Below, piece after piece: positions 36,288 through 46,716 of a DNA stretch of 64,000 nt. Under the pieces are notes generated by a model, which searched no databases, was not told where the DNA came from, and worked only from the letters and a program-made list of their open reading frames with translations. The position numbers and the translations under genes are program-made. The stretch is from positions 56,166 to 120,165 of the forward strand of contig JAZKDU010000015.1 of NCBI GenBank assembly GCA_040387415.1. The letters are read 5' to 3'. This stretch comes from Bacteroidota bacterium. GTDB taxonomy: Bacteria > Bacteroidota > Bacteroidia > 2-12-FULL-35-15. Position 1 is the stretch's first letter; the number at the start of each line of letters is the position of its first letter.

Positions 36288-39161
36288 TTAAAATTTATAA
36301 GACACGCCAAGAGATACCGTTTGTCCGAAATTAGTATTCGTCATTGTATTATCCTTCTGTTCATCGTATTGTCCATCTTTATCAATATCCTGATAAAAAA
36401 TCAAATTTTGCGCCAGTGCATCTCTTACATTCAACTTTATTTCGAAACGTTCCTTAATTTTTTTCACTATTTGTAAGTCAATTACATTACGTTGTTTTTC
36501 CCAATAATCCGGCTCACTTAAACTTCCTACAATGTAAATTCGCTTTCCGACCAAATTATATGAAACGCTGAAACTAAATCCATTGCTGGGATGTATATAT
36601 TGAATCCCCGCATTTACAATTACAGGAGACTGTCCCTGCAACGGGCGCTCATCAGCAGTAGCACCATTAACTCCGCTTACATCCACCTTTGATTTGATGT
36701 ATGAAAAATTAGTATACAAGGTCGTAGCCGATAAAAATGCGCTTGAATCATTTTTGAAAATTGAACTTAATTTAAAGCGATATTCAAGTTCAATACCTAC
36801 GTTTGTTGCCTTGGGTACATTTACATAATATAATTCCCTTAAAACATCCGGGCGATTAACCTGTTCAATCGCATTCGTAAATTTTTTATAGAATCCAGAA
36901 ACTGAAATTAATTGTCCGGCACCCGGATAATATTCAAATCGTAAATCATAATTATCAATTAAAGCACGCTGTAATTCCGGATTTCCGGACACAGCAAAAT
37001 CAGTAACAAAATCAAAAAATATAAATGGTGCCAACTCCCTGAATTCGGGACGTGACACAGTACGGTAATAGCTGGCTCTCAGATTAATTTTTTCAGTTAA
37101 AGAATATACGAGGTTAACTGAAGGCAAAAGGTCATTAACAGTAGTGTCGGAATCAACAGGAGTATTGCTTCCGTCTTTAATTGTATGTAACTGTTGATTA
37201 TAGGACTCTATACGCACACCATAAATAGCACGTAATCGTTCAAAAAATTTGGAATCTAACATCAGAAAACCAGCATTTAAAAATGATGATGCAGTATAAC
37301 TATCACTTGTTTTAGTGGCCTCATCGAGTTTAAAACCGCCATTATATGGACCTGGCTGATCAAGCAGTCCCATATTGCTGCTCGCAAAAATTTCTTCTTC
37401 GGGCAATAGTAACAATTGACTGTCAAATTTTATTGCACTGCCTTTTCTGTATTTTGAAAACCCTAAGTTACGTGCAGAAAAACTTCTTTTTCTGTATTGA
37501 TGAAATCCGCCAATTTTGAGATCTGTTTTTGTAGCTTTTATTTGCAGGGGACGATTTGCTTCGTATTTAAAACTATAAATATCTTCATTCGTTTCTGAGA
37601 AGAACATATTGCCGGCAGCATTAGGAATTGTACCTTCATTTTGAACAATGGCGGCATATTCGGTACTTGGATCATTTTCTTCACTTGCTGTCTTCTGATA
37701 TACAACCCTCCTCATATTGGGCACACTTCGTTTTATGTCGCTAATTCCACCAGTCCATTTAATCTTTATTTTAGATGCCGGTAATAAATGATCTCCGCTT
37801 AACTGCCCTGTGTAAAGGATATTCTGAGTAAACCAACGAAGGGAAGATTTTTCCCATTGCTTTTCCGGCTGATCAAATTCACGGGCTCCATTACGAATAG
37901 TTACTTTATCATCACTATTCACACTCAATAAATTTTTAAAATTTATCTGATTGTTATCATTCAATTTGTAGGCCAGATTCCACATAGCACTTGCCAGCAC
38001 AGCCTGAGTGTACTGCTGATCATTGAGCTCCATGCGTTTTACAACACCAGTGGATTGCTCTTCGTACTCCCGTCTTATTGTTTCATTGTAATTATAATTG
38101 TTCTGATAAGTAACAGCGAAGATGCTCCCCGCTTCACGTTTAAAAATTTTTCCAACATTTGCAATACTGTATTGTAGGTTAAGAGCGGGCAGGGCTGTTA
38201 CTGTTTTAATTGCCCATGAAGGAGTTGTCTGTTTTGCTAATTCTCCTTTTTGTTCAACTGTTAAATGGGAAAACTCAAGTGTAGTGGGCATGGTAGATGG
38301 CAGAGCTCTTGTACCATCGTCAACCCCAAGCCAATCATACTTTCCGCCCTCATAGGTTTTAAATTCTTTGAATGTGGTGATGGCATTATAGGAGCTTGCA
38401 ATTGAAACTATTTGTTCATTTTTTTCAGGTATACTCTTCGTATTGATTTGAATAATGCCACCCGCAAACTCACCCGGCATATCAGGGGTTGCCGTTTTTG
38501 TGATTACTAAATTATCAAGCATATTGGCAGGAAAAATATCGAACGCGAATGCTTTCCGGTCAGACTCAGAGCTAGGCAAAGGTGCACCGTTAATATATGC
38601 CGCATTGTACCTGTCATTCAAGCCTCTTATAATTGCAAATTTATTATCCTGAATGCTTGCCCCACTGATACGTTTAAGCACATCACTTGTATTGCGATCA
38701 GGAGTTCTTTTTATTGATTCGGAAGAAATACCATCAGAAACGGATGCATTATTTTTTTGCATCACCAGCATAGCATTGGTTGTTTCTTTATTCATTGTTG
38801 CAGTTATTTCAACAACCCCCAGATCAGTTGAAGCTGTTGACAATGTTAGCGAAACAATAGCCGGCTCACCTGACTTTACAATTACGTCCGTTAGCAGTTT
38901 GGTATTATAAGATATCAATTTGCAAACAAGTGTGTATTTTCCTGGTGCAACATTATTAATTGTAAAAGCACCATCCAGATCCGTATTTCCTCCAATAAGC
39001 GTACCTTCAATTAATACAACTGCCCCAGGCAGTGTTTCACCCGTTTTTTCATCTATCACTTTTCCTTTTACCGAATTCTGAGCGAACATGATATTTACTA
39101 ATATCACAAGTACCCCTATACTAAACAACTTAAATTTCATTTTCATTTTATTTACCTGCAA
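36288..39161 (-). CDS. TonB-dependent outer-membrane receptor with N-terminal CarbopepD_reg domain
   Basis: Signal peptide. VKGKVIDEKTGETLPGAVV (CarbopepD_reg). Plug and 22-strand barrel with C-terminal aromatic residue (…YKF). The true start may be the MKMKFKLF methionine. Confidence 0.9.
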   Translation of the reverse strand: MQVNKMKMKFKLFSIGVLVILVNIMFAQNSVKGKVIDEKTGETLPGAVVLIEGTLIGGNTDLDGAFTINNVAPGKYTLVCKLISYNTKLLTDVIVKSGEPAIVSLTLSTASTDLGVVEITATMNKETTNAMLVMQKNNASVSDGISSESIKRTPDRNTSDVLKRISGASIQDNKFAIIRGLNDRYNAAYINGAPLPSSESDRKAFAFDIFPANMLDNLVITKTATPDMPGEFAGGIIQINTKSIPEKNEQIVSIASSYNAITTFKEFKTYEGGKYDWLGVDDGTRALPSTMPTTLEFSHLTVEQKGELAKQTTPSWAIKTVTALPALNLQYSIANVGKIFKREAGSIFAVTYQNNYNYNETIRREYEEQSTGVVKRMELNDQQYTQAVLASAMWNLAYKLNDNNQINFKNLLSVNSDDKVTIRNGAREFDQPEKQWEKSSLRWFTQNILYTGQLSGDHLLPASKIKIKWTGGISDIKRSVPNMRRVVYQKTASEENDPSTEYAAIVQNEGTIPNAAGNMFFSETNEDIYSFKYEANRPLQIKATKTDLKIGGFHQYRKRSFSARNLGFSKYRKGSAIKFDSQLLLLPEEEIFASSNMGLLDQPGPYNGGFKLDEATKTSDSYTASSFLNAGFLMLDSKFFERLRAIYGVRIESYNQQLHTIKDGSNTPVDSDTTVNDLLPSVNLVYSLTEKINLRASYYRTVSRPEFRELAPFIFFDFVTDFAVSGNPELQRALIDNYDLRFEYYPGAGQLISVSGFYKKFTNAIEQVNRPDVLRELYYVNVPKATNVGIELEYRFKLSSIFKNDSSAFLSATTLYTNFSYIKSKVDVSGVNGATADERPLQGQSPVIVNAGIQYIHPSNGFSFSVSYNLVGKRIYIVGSLSEPDYWEKQRNVIDLQIVKKIKERFEIKLNVRDALAQNLIFYQDIDKDGQYDEQKDNTMTNTNFGQTVSLGVSYKF

Positions 39162-39551
39162 AGTAATTGCTGAAAGGTAAATACAGCGTTAATGAAAAAT
39201 TAAGCTAACGTTAAGTAATTTACCGTTGTACTTTAATTTATCAATGTTAATTTAATGTAAATTTTATAACTAAACCAGTCGATCCAATATTGATTTTCTT
39301 CCCCTTTTTTTGCAATTTAATCTACAACACAAAAAGTGTTTTCATTAATCCAGAGAAATGCAATCTTGACTAAATGCCTATTTGCCCATCTATTATTGAT
39401 TAAACAAGATAATCCAGCTCATACAGTTGCTCTAAAGCGTTCCTCAATTGTTAAGTTCACACAATATTAACATTGGCATAACATTCGTAATTACGACTGG
39501 AAATACTTTTGCATAACCAATTAACCTTTTTTTAACCTTAAAGTAACCAAA

Positions 39552-40814
39552 ATGAACTTAAAAGGAAATGTTTTATTAACATGTGTATCTTACCTGATGC
39601 TATTTACAACAGGTATTGCACAAGAAATTAAAAATGGCAACGAGAAACCAGCAGCCAAGGACTCTTTGTTGGCGGAAACAGCTATAGCAACGACTAAAAT
39701 TCCAGTCAAAAATTGGTATGAACAAATATCAATCAGAGGATATGCCCAGGTAAGATATAACAGGTTACTTGAAACGAATGAACTGTTAAAATGTGAGCAA
39801 TGTGACAAATCATGGGGAAATGGGGGCTTTTTTATCAGGCGTATGCGAATAATATTTTTTGGTAATGTGCACGAGAGGGTATATATATACATTCAGCCTG
39901 ATTTTGCTTCATCCCCTTCCACCGGATCGAATCATTTTGGACAATTACGTGATGCCTATTTTGATTTATCATTGGATAAAAAGAAAGAATTTCGTTTCCG
40001 TATAGGCCAAAGTAAAATTCCATTTGGGTTTGAAAACATGCAATCCAGTCAAAACCGTTTGCCATTAGATAGGAATGACGCTTTAAACAGCGCAGTTTCA
40101 AATGAACGGGATTTAGGGGTGTTCTTTTACTGGGCACCTGAAAAAACAAGAAAGCTTTTTAGTTCACTGGTAAATGATGGACTAAAAGGAAGCGGAGATT
40201 ACGGGGTTTTAGGAATTGGTGCATTTAATGGGCAAACTGCCAACAAAACTGATGCTAATAAAGATCCTCATGTAGTAGCTAGATTATCTTATCCCCTTGA
40301 AATTAAAGGACAAATAATTGAAGCCGGTATTCAGGGATATACTGGCCAATATGTGGTAGAAAGCAGATCTACGGGTGTAAAAGGGCCCAACAAAGATTTT
40401 ACATTTATGGACGAAAGAATGGCAGCAAGCTTTGTATTATACCCGAAACCCTTTGGTATCCAGGCAGAATACAATGTCGGCCGTGGTCCGGAATTTAATT
40501 CCGAAACCGACTCAATAGAAACTCAAAATTTAAAAGGAGGATATATAACAGCCTCCTATTTTATTAAATTAAAAAAACAAATTATTATCCCATTTGTTAG
40601 GGTGCAGTATTATGATGGTGCGAAAAAGCATGAATTGGATGCACGCAGTTATACTGTAAATGAATATGAATATGGCATTGAGTGGCAGCCGATCAAAAAT
40701 TTTGAATTTGTTGCAATGTATACTATGTCAGAGCGAAGATTCGAAGATTATAAACTACAGGATAATAAACAAAAAGGTAGTTTATTGCGATTACAAGCCC
40801 AGTTTAATTTTTAA
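39552..40814 (+). CDS. Porin, phosphate-selective porin O/P-like
   Basis: Signal peptide and a beta-barrel pattern ending in F. Located next to a DUF47 + PiT pair. Confidence 0.65.
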   Translation: MNLKGNVLLTCVSYLMLFTTGIAQEIKNGNEKPAAKDSLLAETAIATTKIPVKNWYEQISIRGYAQVRYNRLLETNELLKCEQCDKSWGNGGFFIRRMRIIFFGNVHERVYIYIQPDFASSPSTGSNHFGQLRDAYFDLSLDKKKEFRFRIGQSKIPFGFENMQSSQNRLPLDRNDALNSAVSNERDLGVFFYWAPEKTRKLFSSLVNDGLKGSGDYGVLGIGAFNGQTANKTDANKDPHVVARLSYPLEIKGQIIEAGIQGYTGQYVVESRSTGVKGPNKDFTFMDERMAASFVLYPKPFGIQAEYNVGRGPEFNSETDSIETQNLKGGYITASYFIKLKKQIIIPFVRVQYYDGAKKHELDARSYTVNEYEYGIEWQPIKNFEFVAMYTMSERRFEDYKLQDNKQKGSLLRLQAQFNF

Positions 40815-40983
40815 TCTATCAAAGCCAGTTTATACCTAAAATAATGTCAAAAAGAAATAAAAAAACAAAACTTAACAATTAATTAACATTAAAACAACGA
40901 AAGGGTAACTCGCTTTTATTACTAAATGGTTTAAACCAAGCTACTTTTGAGCAAAAATTAAAAACACTTCAAAAAATTAAAAA

Positions 40984-41628
40984 ATGGCTTTCAACATCTT
41001 CAAATTTTTCCAACCAAAAGATAAAATATTCTTCGTGCTTTTTGAAAAAGCAACTGCCAATTTAATTGACATATCAAAAGCACTGGTAGAAATGCTGAAT
41101 ACTCCTGCAGGTCCGAGAAGAAAGGAATTAATACGTGAGATTGAACGTCTTGAGCATGTTGGAGACAATATTACTCATGAAACTTTTCATCAGTTAAGTG
41201 CAAATTTTATTACCCCTTTTGACAGGGAAGATATTCATTCCTTAATTTCTGCAATTGATGATATTGCAGATTATATACACGGTTCTTCCAAGCGAATTGA
41301 GCTTTATAAAGTAGAAAACGTTACTGTTCCTATGATTAAAATAGCCGAACTAATTGAAAAATGTTCGGACGAACTGCATAATGCGGTATGTGAGCTAAAG
41401 AACATGAAAAATATTAATAAAATTAAAGAAGCCTGCGTTCGTATTAACAGTATTGAGAACCATGCAGATGATATTTTTGATATGGCAATTGCGAAACTGT
41501 TTGAAGAAGAAAAAAATGCGGTGGAAATTATAAAAATGAAAGAAGTGCTTCAAGCCCTGGAAACAGCTACTGATATGTGCGAAGACGCTGCAAATGTGCT
41601 TGAATCCATTTTAGTTAAAAACGCATAA
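40984..41628 (+). CDS. DUF47 (PhoU-like, TIGR00153/YkaA-type) PiT-associated protein
   Basis: 214-aa helical protein directly upstream of a PiT-family transporter, which is the conserved pairing. Confidence 0.8.
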   Translation: MAFNIFKFFQPKDKIFFVLFEKATANLIDISKALVEMLNTPAGPRRKELIREIERLEHVGDNITHETFHQLSANFITPFDREDIHSLISAIDDIADYIHGSSKRIELYKVENVTVPMIKIAELIEKCSDELHNAVCELKNMKNINKIKEACVRINSIENHADDIFDMAIAKLFEEEKNAVEIIKMKEVLQALETATDMCEDAANVLESILVKNA

Positions 41629-41633
41629 AACGA

Positions 41634-41712
41634 ATTGGAGAATTGAAAAATTAGAGAGCGTTGGAGAATTAAATATATTGCCCAATTTCTCCTTTCAGAA
41701 TTTCTCTAATTC
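41634..41712 (+). promoter_or_regulatory. Long imperfect inverted repeat (potential RNA hairpin) in the DUF47-PiT intergenic spacer
   Basis: Left arm aaattagagagcgttggagaatt (41648-41670) pairs with right arm aatttctcctttcagaatttctctaatt (41684-41711) across a 13-nt spacer. Confidence 0.35.
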
Positions 41713-41739
41713 ACTAAATCCCAAACTAGCAGATAAAAA

Positions 41740-42798
41740 ATGACTATATTAATCATCATTATTATACTTGCAATTATATTTGATCTTATCAATGGTTTTC
41801 ATGATGCGGCAAATTCAATTGCAACAATTGTTTCTACAAAAGTACTAAGCCCTTTGCAGGCCGTTATCTGGGCTGCATTTTTTAATGTGATTGCCTTCTG
41901 GATCTTCGACTTAAAAGTTGCTGATACTGTTGCTAAAATTGTACATACGGATGCCATTAATTTCGCGGTAGTATGTGCAGGATTAATCGCTGCAATTGCA
42001 TGGAATTTATTAACATGGTGGTTTGGTATTCCTTCCAGCTCTTCACACACATTGCTTGGCGGCTTTTCTGGTGCCGCAGTTGCCCATGCGGGTTTCGGTG
42101 TTGTTAATCAGGAAAAAATACTAATTACCTTTTCATTTATTTTCCTTGCTCCTATTCTTGGGATGATCATATCGTCTATTATTACCATGATCATTGTAAA
42201 TATCAGTAAAAAAGCACATCCTGCAAAAGCAACGCGCTGGTTTAAACGGTTGCAGCTGGTTTCATCAGGTTTGTTCAGTATAGGCCACGGAGGTAACGAT
42301 GCACAAAAAGTAATGGGTATCATGGCCGCGGCTTTAATGGTATATATGGCACAACTAAAAGCACAAGGATTACCTATACCTGAATGGGCAACCATTGAGC
42401 AAACGATGGGGAAAAACGGTAAACTGTCTATAAGCCACATTCCCGACTGGATACCTATTGCATGTTATACTGCAATAGGATGCGGCACCATGATGGGCGG
42501 CTGGAAAATTATAAAAACAATGGGTACCAAAATCACTAAAGTGACTCCACTAGAAGGAGTAAGTGCTGAAACAGCGGGAGCATTGACGTTATTTATGACA
42601 GAAAAAATGGGTATCCCTGTGAGCACCACGCATACTATAACAGGCTCTATCATTGGTGTTGGAATCACCAAACGTATATCAGCCGTAAAATGGGGTGTAA
42701 CCATTAATTTACTTTGGGCATGGGTATTAACCATTCCTATCAGCGGCTTACTTGGGGCCATTCTTTTTTGGTTGCTTACTTTCTTTGGCGTTAAATAA
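41740..42798 (+). CDS. Inorganic phosphate transporter, PiT family
   Basis: Duplicated PHO4 motif GxNDxxN (GFHDAANS and GHGGNDAQK). 352 aa. Confidence 0.9.
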   Translation: MTILIIIIILAIIFDLINGFHDAANSIATIVSTKVLSPLQAVIWAAFFNVIAFWIFDLKVADTVAKIVHTDAINFAVVCAGLIAAIAWNLLTWWFGIPSSSSHTLLGGFSGAAVAHAGFGVVNQEKILITFSFIFLAPILGMIISSIITMIIVNISKKAHPAKATRWFKRLQLVSSGLFSIGHGGNDAQKVMGIMAAALMVYMAQLKAQGLPIPEWATIEQTMGKNGKLSISHIPDWIPIACYTAIGCGTMMGGWKIIKTMGTKITKVTPLEGVSAETAGALTLFMTEKMGIPVSTTHTITGSIIGVGITKRISAVKWGVTINLLWAWVLTIPISGLLGAILFWLLTFFGVK

Positions 42799-43033
42799 AC
42801 GAAGGTTTATATAGCTATTAACAGGCATTTCGCCTGAATTACATAACTATTTTACACATTGAGATTTCCTTATTCTCCTTTCCTTTAAGAAGTACAAATC
42901 AAACTTTTGAAGGCTTCCCTCTGATGAAAATTTTCAGTATTTAGCTGAATGTTTTTTGTATTTTTGCTATAGACGGATAACAGAATCATCTTCACAACAA
43001 CATTTAAACAACCACATTTCCCCTAAACAGCAT

Positions 43034-44776
43034 ATGAAAATCAAAAAAGCACTTTTTCTTTTCTTTTTTATCATTTCCACAAGCAGCGCTTTTGCACAAC
43101 TGGTAACCGAATACTGGGATGACGCTCAAACTAAAAAGAAAAGCGAACAAAACATGAAAGACGGCATGCAACATGGCAAGTTCATTGCATGGTATGAAAA
43201 CGGAGAAATTGCCAAGGAAGGAAATTACCAGGAAGGAAAAGAAAGTGGAAAATTTGTTTTTTATTATCCCGGCAAAAAAATTAAATCTGAATTAAATTAC
43301 AAAAAAGGTGAAAAACACGGTGCATGGAACTACTGGTATATCAACGGAAATAAAGCTCAAACAACTTTTTTTAAAGATGATCAGCCTGACAGCACCTGGA
43401 CGGGATGGTATGAAAACGGCACCTTAAAAAACACCGAAAATTATAAACTGGGTAAAAAAGAAGGTTCTTGGACGTATTATTATCCAAACGCTCAAAAAGA
43501 AAGTGAAGGAAACTTCAAAAACAATTTAGCAGAAGGTAATTATACGGACTGGTACACCAATGGGAACAAGCAAAAGGAAGGTGTGTACACAAGCGGGAAA
43601 GAAACGGGCTTATGGAAAGAGTGGTACATGACCGGCAGTCCTAAACAGGAATTAATTTACGAAAACGCTGATATAAAACTGATGAACCTGTGGGCGGAAA
43701 CCACATCTGAACAAATTATAAAAAACGGGAACGGGAAGCTTACAATCGCATACGATAATGGGAAGAAAAAAGCCGAAGGCACCTACAAAAACGGGCTGAT
43801 GGACGGTGAATGGATGTATTATCTGCCTACGGGCGAAAAGGACTACTCCGTTAATTTTCAGTGGGGCAAAAAGAATGGCAGCTGCACTAACTGGTATAAA
43901 AACGGAACGGTAAAAAGTCTGGGCTCTTATAGCAACGATAAAAAGAATGGTTATTGGAAATGGTTTACTGAAGCCGGAAAGCTGGAAATGGAAGGCTTGT
44001 TGATTATGGACCTTCGTGCCGGGAAGTGGGTCAACTGGTTTCCTACAGGAATAAAAGAATCAGAAGGATATTACAGTACTGATATGCAGGATAGTCTGTG
44101 GACATACTGGTATCAGGATGGATCGAAATGGAAAGCCGGAAACTTCAAGACGAATAAAAAGGAGGGATTGTGGACAGTATGGTTCGAAAATGGCCAAAAG
44201 CTCCAGGAAGGCAACTACAGCGTAGGAAAAGAAGATGGTAATTGGAAATCGTGGTATGCTGACGGTAAAGCCAAAGACGAAGGGAATTTTAAAGCGGGTA
44301 AATTGGATGGCAGCTGGAAAGGCTGGCTACCTAACAGCAAGCCTAACTACGAAGGGTTTTATAAAAACGACTTAAAAAATGGCGCATGGAAATATTACTA
44401 TGATTCCGGAAAAATTAAGGAGGAAGGGAGTTATAAAGATGGCAGAAAAAATGGACACTGGGTATTCTGGACACCGCAGGGAGCAAAGGATAGTGAAGGG
44501 AATTATAAAAATGAAAAACCTGATGGAGTATGGAGTTATTATTACCCTACAGGGTTAAAATCAATGGAACAAACGTTTAAAGAAGGTAAACTAAGCGGGC
44601 GCTGCAGTTCATGGTATGAAAATGCGAAATTAAAAAGTGAGACCTCTTACGATCTTGTAAAAGATAAAAAAAGTAAACGTGTGGAAAGCAAACCTGATGG
44701 CAAATGGAAGTATTACGATATGAATGGCAAAATACTAATGGAAACCACCTATAAAACTGGCGTTAAGGTTAATTAA
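43034..44776 (+). CDS. Large secreted MORN-variant/YwqK-type repeat protein (about 20-24 repeats)
   Basis: Signal peptide MKIKKALFLFFFIISTSSAFAQ at 43034 (the ORF-track start at 42956 is an upstream extension). Repeating G.W..WY.NG....G.Y..GK..G units throughout. Confidence 0.8.
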   Translation: MKIKKALFLFFFIISTSSAFAQLVTEYWDDAQTKKKSEQNMKDGMQHGKFIAWYENGEIAKEGNYQEGKESGKFVFYYPGKKIKSELNYKKGEKHGAWNYWYINGNKAQTTFFKDDQPDSTWTGWYENGTLKNTENYKLGKKEGSWTYYYPNAQKESEGNFKNNLAEGNYTDWYTNGNKQKEGVYTSGKETGLWKEWYMTGSPKQELIYENADIKLMNLWAETTSEQIIKNGNGKLTIAYDNGKKKAEGTYKNGLMDGEWMYYLPTGEKDYSVNFQWGKKNGSCTNWYKNGTVKSLGSYSNDKKNGYWKWFTEAGKLEMEGLLIMDLRAGKWVNWFPTGIKESEGYYSTDMQDSLWTYWYQDGSKWKAGNFKTNKKEGLWTVWFENGQKLQEGNYSVGKEDGNWKSWYADGKAKDEGNFKAGKLDGSWKGWLPNSKPNYEGFYKNDLKNGAWKYYYDSGKIKEEGSYKDGRKNGHWVFWTPQGAKDSEGNYKNEKPDGVWSYYYPTGLKSMEQTFKEGKLSGRCSSWYENAKLKSETSYDLVKDKKSKRVESKPDGKWKYYDMNGKILMETTYKTGVKVN

Positions 44777-44784
44777 TATCTTAA

Positions 44785-45336
44785 TTACAAATTTTTATCA
44801 GGATATATCCAGACAGAAATTTTTCCAGGTGCCTTATCAATAGTGAAATCTGCGCTTTCATCGCCCAGATTGATCAATACGTTTCCATACTTTTCTGATG
44901 GAACTGACCATATATTAAAACCCATTTTAGTTTCACTTGAACCGTAGTATTCATCAAAATAGCTTTTGAATTTATTAAACACTTCCTCTGTGTTCGCGGC
45001 ATTGGTAACAAACACATTTGACTGAATTTCGACTAGTCCCATTTCATCAAAAGTATACGTGATATTAAAGGAACCCATCGTATCAATAGGGAATTCATAA
45101 TATACATATCCACTATCCACTTCCAGAGCCTTACCCGCCTCTTTTTCCTGAATCATTTTAAAACCGTCACCCAGGCTGAATCCACGGAAAACACCTGAAT
45201 CATTGTGCATTACTGCAGAAACAACAGAACCGTATTTTTCCAGCTTTTTAGATGACTTCGAACAGGAGAATAATACAACTACAAAAAGTACAGATACTGC
45301 AATTATTTTTTGAGGCAATTTGTTAAAAGAAGGCAT
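44785..45336 (-). CDS. Hypothetical lipoprotein
   Basis: Signal peptide plus lipobox (LFSCS). No recognisable domains. Confidence 0.55.
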   Translation of the reverse strand: MPSFNKLPQKIIAVSVLFVVVLFSCSKSSKKLEKYGSVVSAVMHNDSGVFRGFSLGDGFKMIQEKEAGKALEVDSGYVYYEFPIDTMGSFNITYTFDEMGLVEIQSNVFVTNAANTEEVFNKFKSYFDEYYGSSETKMGFNIWSVPSEKYGNVLINLGDESADFTIDKAPGKISVWIYPDKNL

Positions 45337-45379
45337 GGATTTTATTTATAAGGCAAAGCAAAGGTACTAAGAAACTATC

Positions 45380-46078
45380 CTATGTATAGATAATATTTTT
45401 TTCATTGATTAAAGGTTCCGTTTTAAATCTCAATAACAACTGAGCAACCGTTATCACATCTTTTTGACAATACACTGCTATTCGCTCCAGATCGTTGTCT
45501 TCCCAAAAAACCCTTGCTACATCACTTCCGTCTATATCATCCTTTGGCGTTGGTATATTAAAAATACCGGCCAGCAGATTAAGTGACGTATAATTTTTAT
45601 AATCACCGAATTTCCATAACTCCATGGTATCCAAATGATTTATTTCCCAGGGCTTTTTCCCTGAAATATTCAATATTTTAGGCAGTTTAAGGCCATTCAC
45701 TAATAATCGCCTGCAGATAAACGGAAAGTCAAATTCCTTACCGTTATGCGCACACAATAGATGATCTTTACCGCTATAATGTTCACTTAAAAGGATTGAA
45801 AAATTAGATAACAACTGCTTTTCATCCGTACCGTAAAATGATCTTATCCGAAAAGTTTCGTTATTGAAAAAGCCAACGGAAATGCAGACTATTTTAGCAA
45901 ACTCGGCATAGATACCAGCCTTTTTATAAAGCCCCTCAGGTGTTTCTGTTTGATGATATCTAAATTTAGTATCCCATAATTTACGATAATTTTCATCCAG
46001 ATCAGTATATTTATACACAAGAGGAACTGTTTCAACGTCCAGAAATAACACTTTGGATATTTTTATCTGCTCAAGCAT
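45380..46078 (-). CDS. DEDD-type 3'-5' exonuclease (RNase H-like fold; PolB-exonuclease-related family)
   Basis: Exo I FLDVETVP, Exo II-like CAHNGKEFDFPF, Exo III-like YCQKDV. Start taken at MLEQIK; an upstream in-frame ATG exists at 46138. Confidence 0.7.
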   Translation of the reverse strand: MLEQIKISKVLFLDVETVPLVYKYTDLDENYRKLWDTKFRYHQTETPEGLYKKAGIYAEFAKIVCISVGFFNNETFRIRSFYGTDEKQLLSNFSILLSEHYSGKDHLLCAHNGKEFDFPFICRRLLVNGLKLPKILNISGKKPWEINHLDTMELWKFGDYKNYTSLNLLAGIFNIPTPKDDIDGSDVARVFWEDNDLERIAVYCQKDVITVAQLLLRFKTEPLINEKNIIYT

Positions 46079-46239
46079 AGGTTTGATTAGTTTGGTTAAA
46101 CATTGGCCCCGTTTACTTAACACCAAAATCAACAGCAACCTTTAAAATCAACCCTTTTGGTGGTTTATATCCCCTTTAATTTAAAGAATCGGACAATTAC
46201 TTATTTATAGTAAAGAAAAACAAGCATTCACTACCGCAC

Positions 46240-46644
46240 TCATTTTATCATTACTCCCTTTTTATTGATGAACGGAATAAGAATTAAATTTTCTTCAGTA
46301 ATAGTTTCCGGTAAAAAAATGTACTTCTTGTCATACATTACATTATTCAAAAAGAAGCTCAACCAATACTCATTATTCAGGCCAAATACCGTTTCTACAA
46401 TGGGTTCAATCTTTTTAAAACTATTTGCATCCACTACATCTAAAAAATGTCTTAAAACGGATGTTTTCACCTCCTCATTATTATAAATGCCATACCCTTT
46501 AGAGGTTACCAATACACCTTCAATATTTTCCTTTTTAAAATTTAACAAATAAACATTCCATTCTATTTCCTGCAGTTCATTATATTCCTTAACCACAGCA
46601 ACAGCAATATTTTCAACAACAGGTGGATTTATATCTTTCTTCAT
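46240..46644 (-). CDS. Hypothetical protein (134 aa)
   Basis: ORF only; no recognisable motifs. Confidence 0.45.
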   Translation of the reverse strand: MKKDINPPVVENIAVAVVKEYNELQEIEWNVYLLNFKKENIEGVLVTSKGYGIYNNEEVKTSVLRHFLDVVDANSFKKIEPIVETVFGLNNEYWLSFFLNNVMYDKKYIFLPETITEENLILIPFINKKGVMIK

Positions 46645-46716
46645 ATTATTTTATAATAACTGATTCAGCTAAAATTTAATACAATATTTTTTAAACTGCT
46701 TAACAATTTTACAGAT

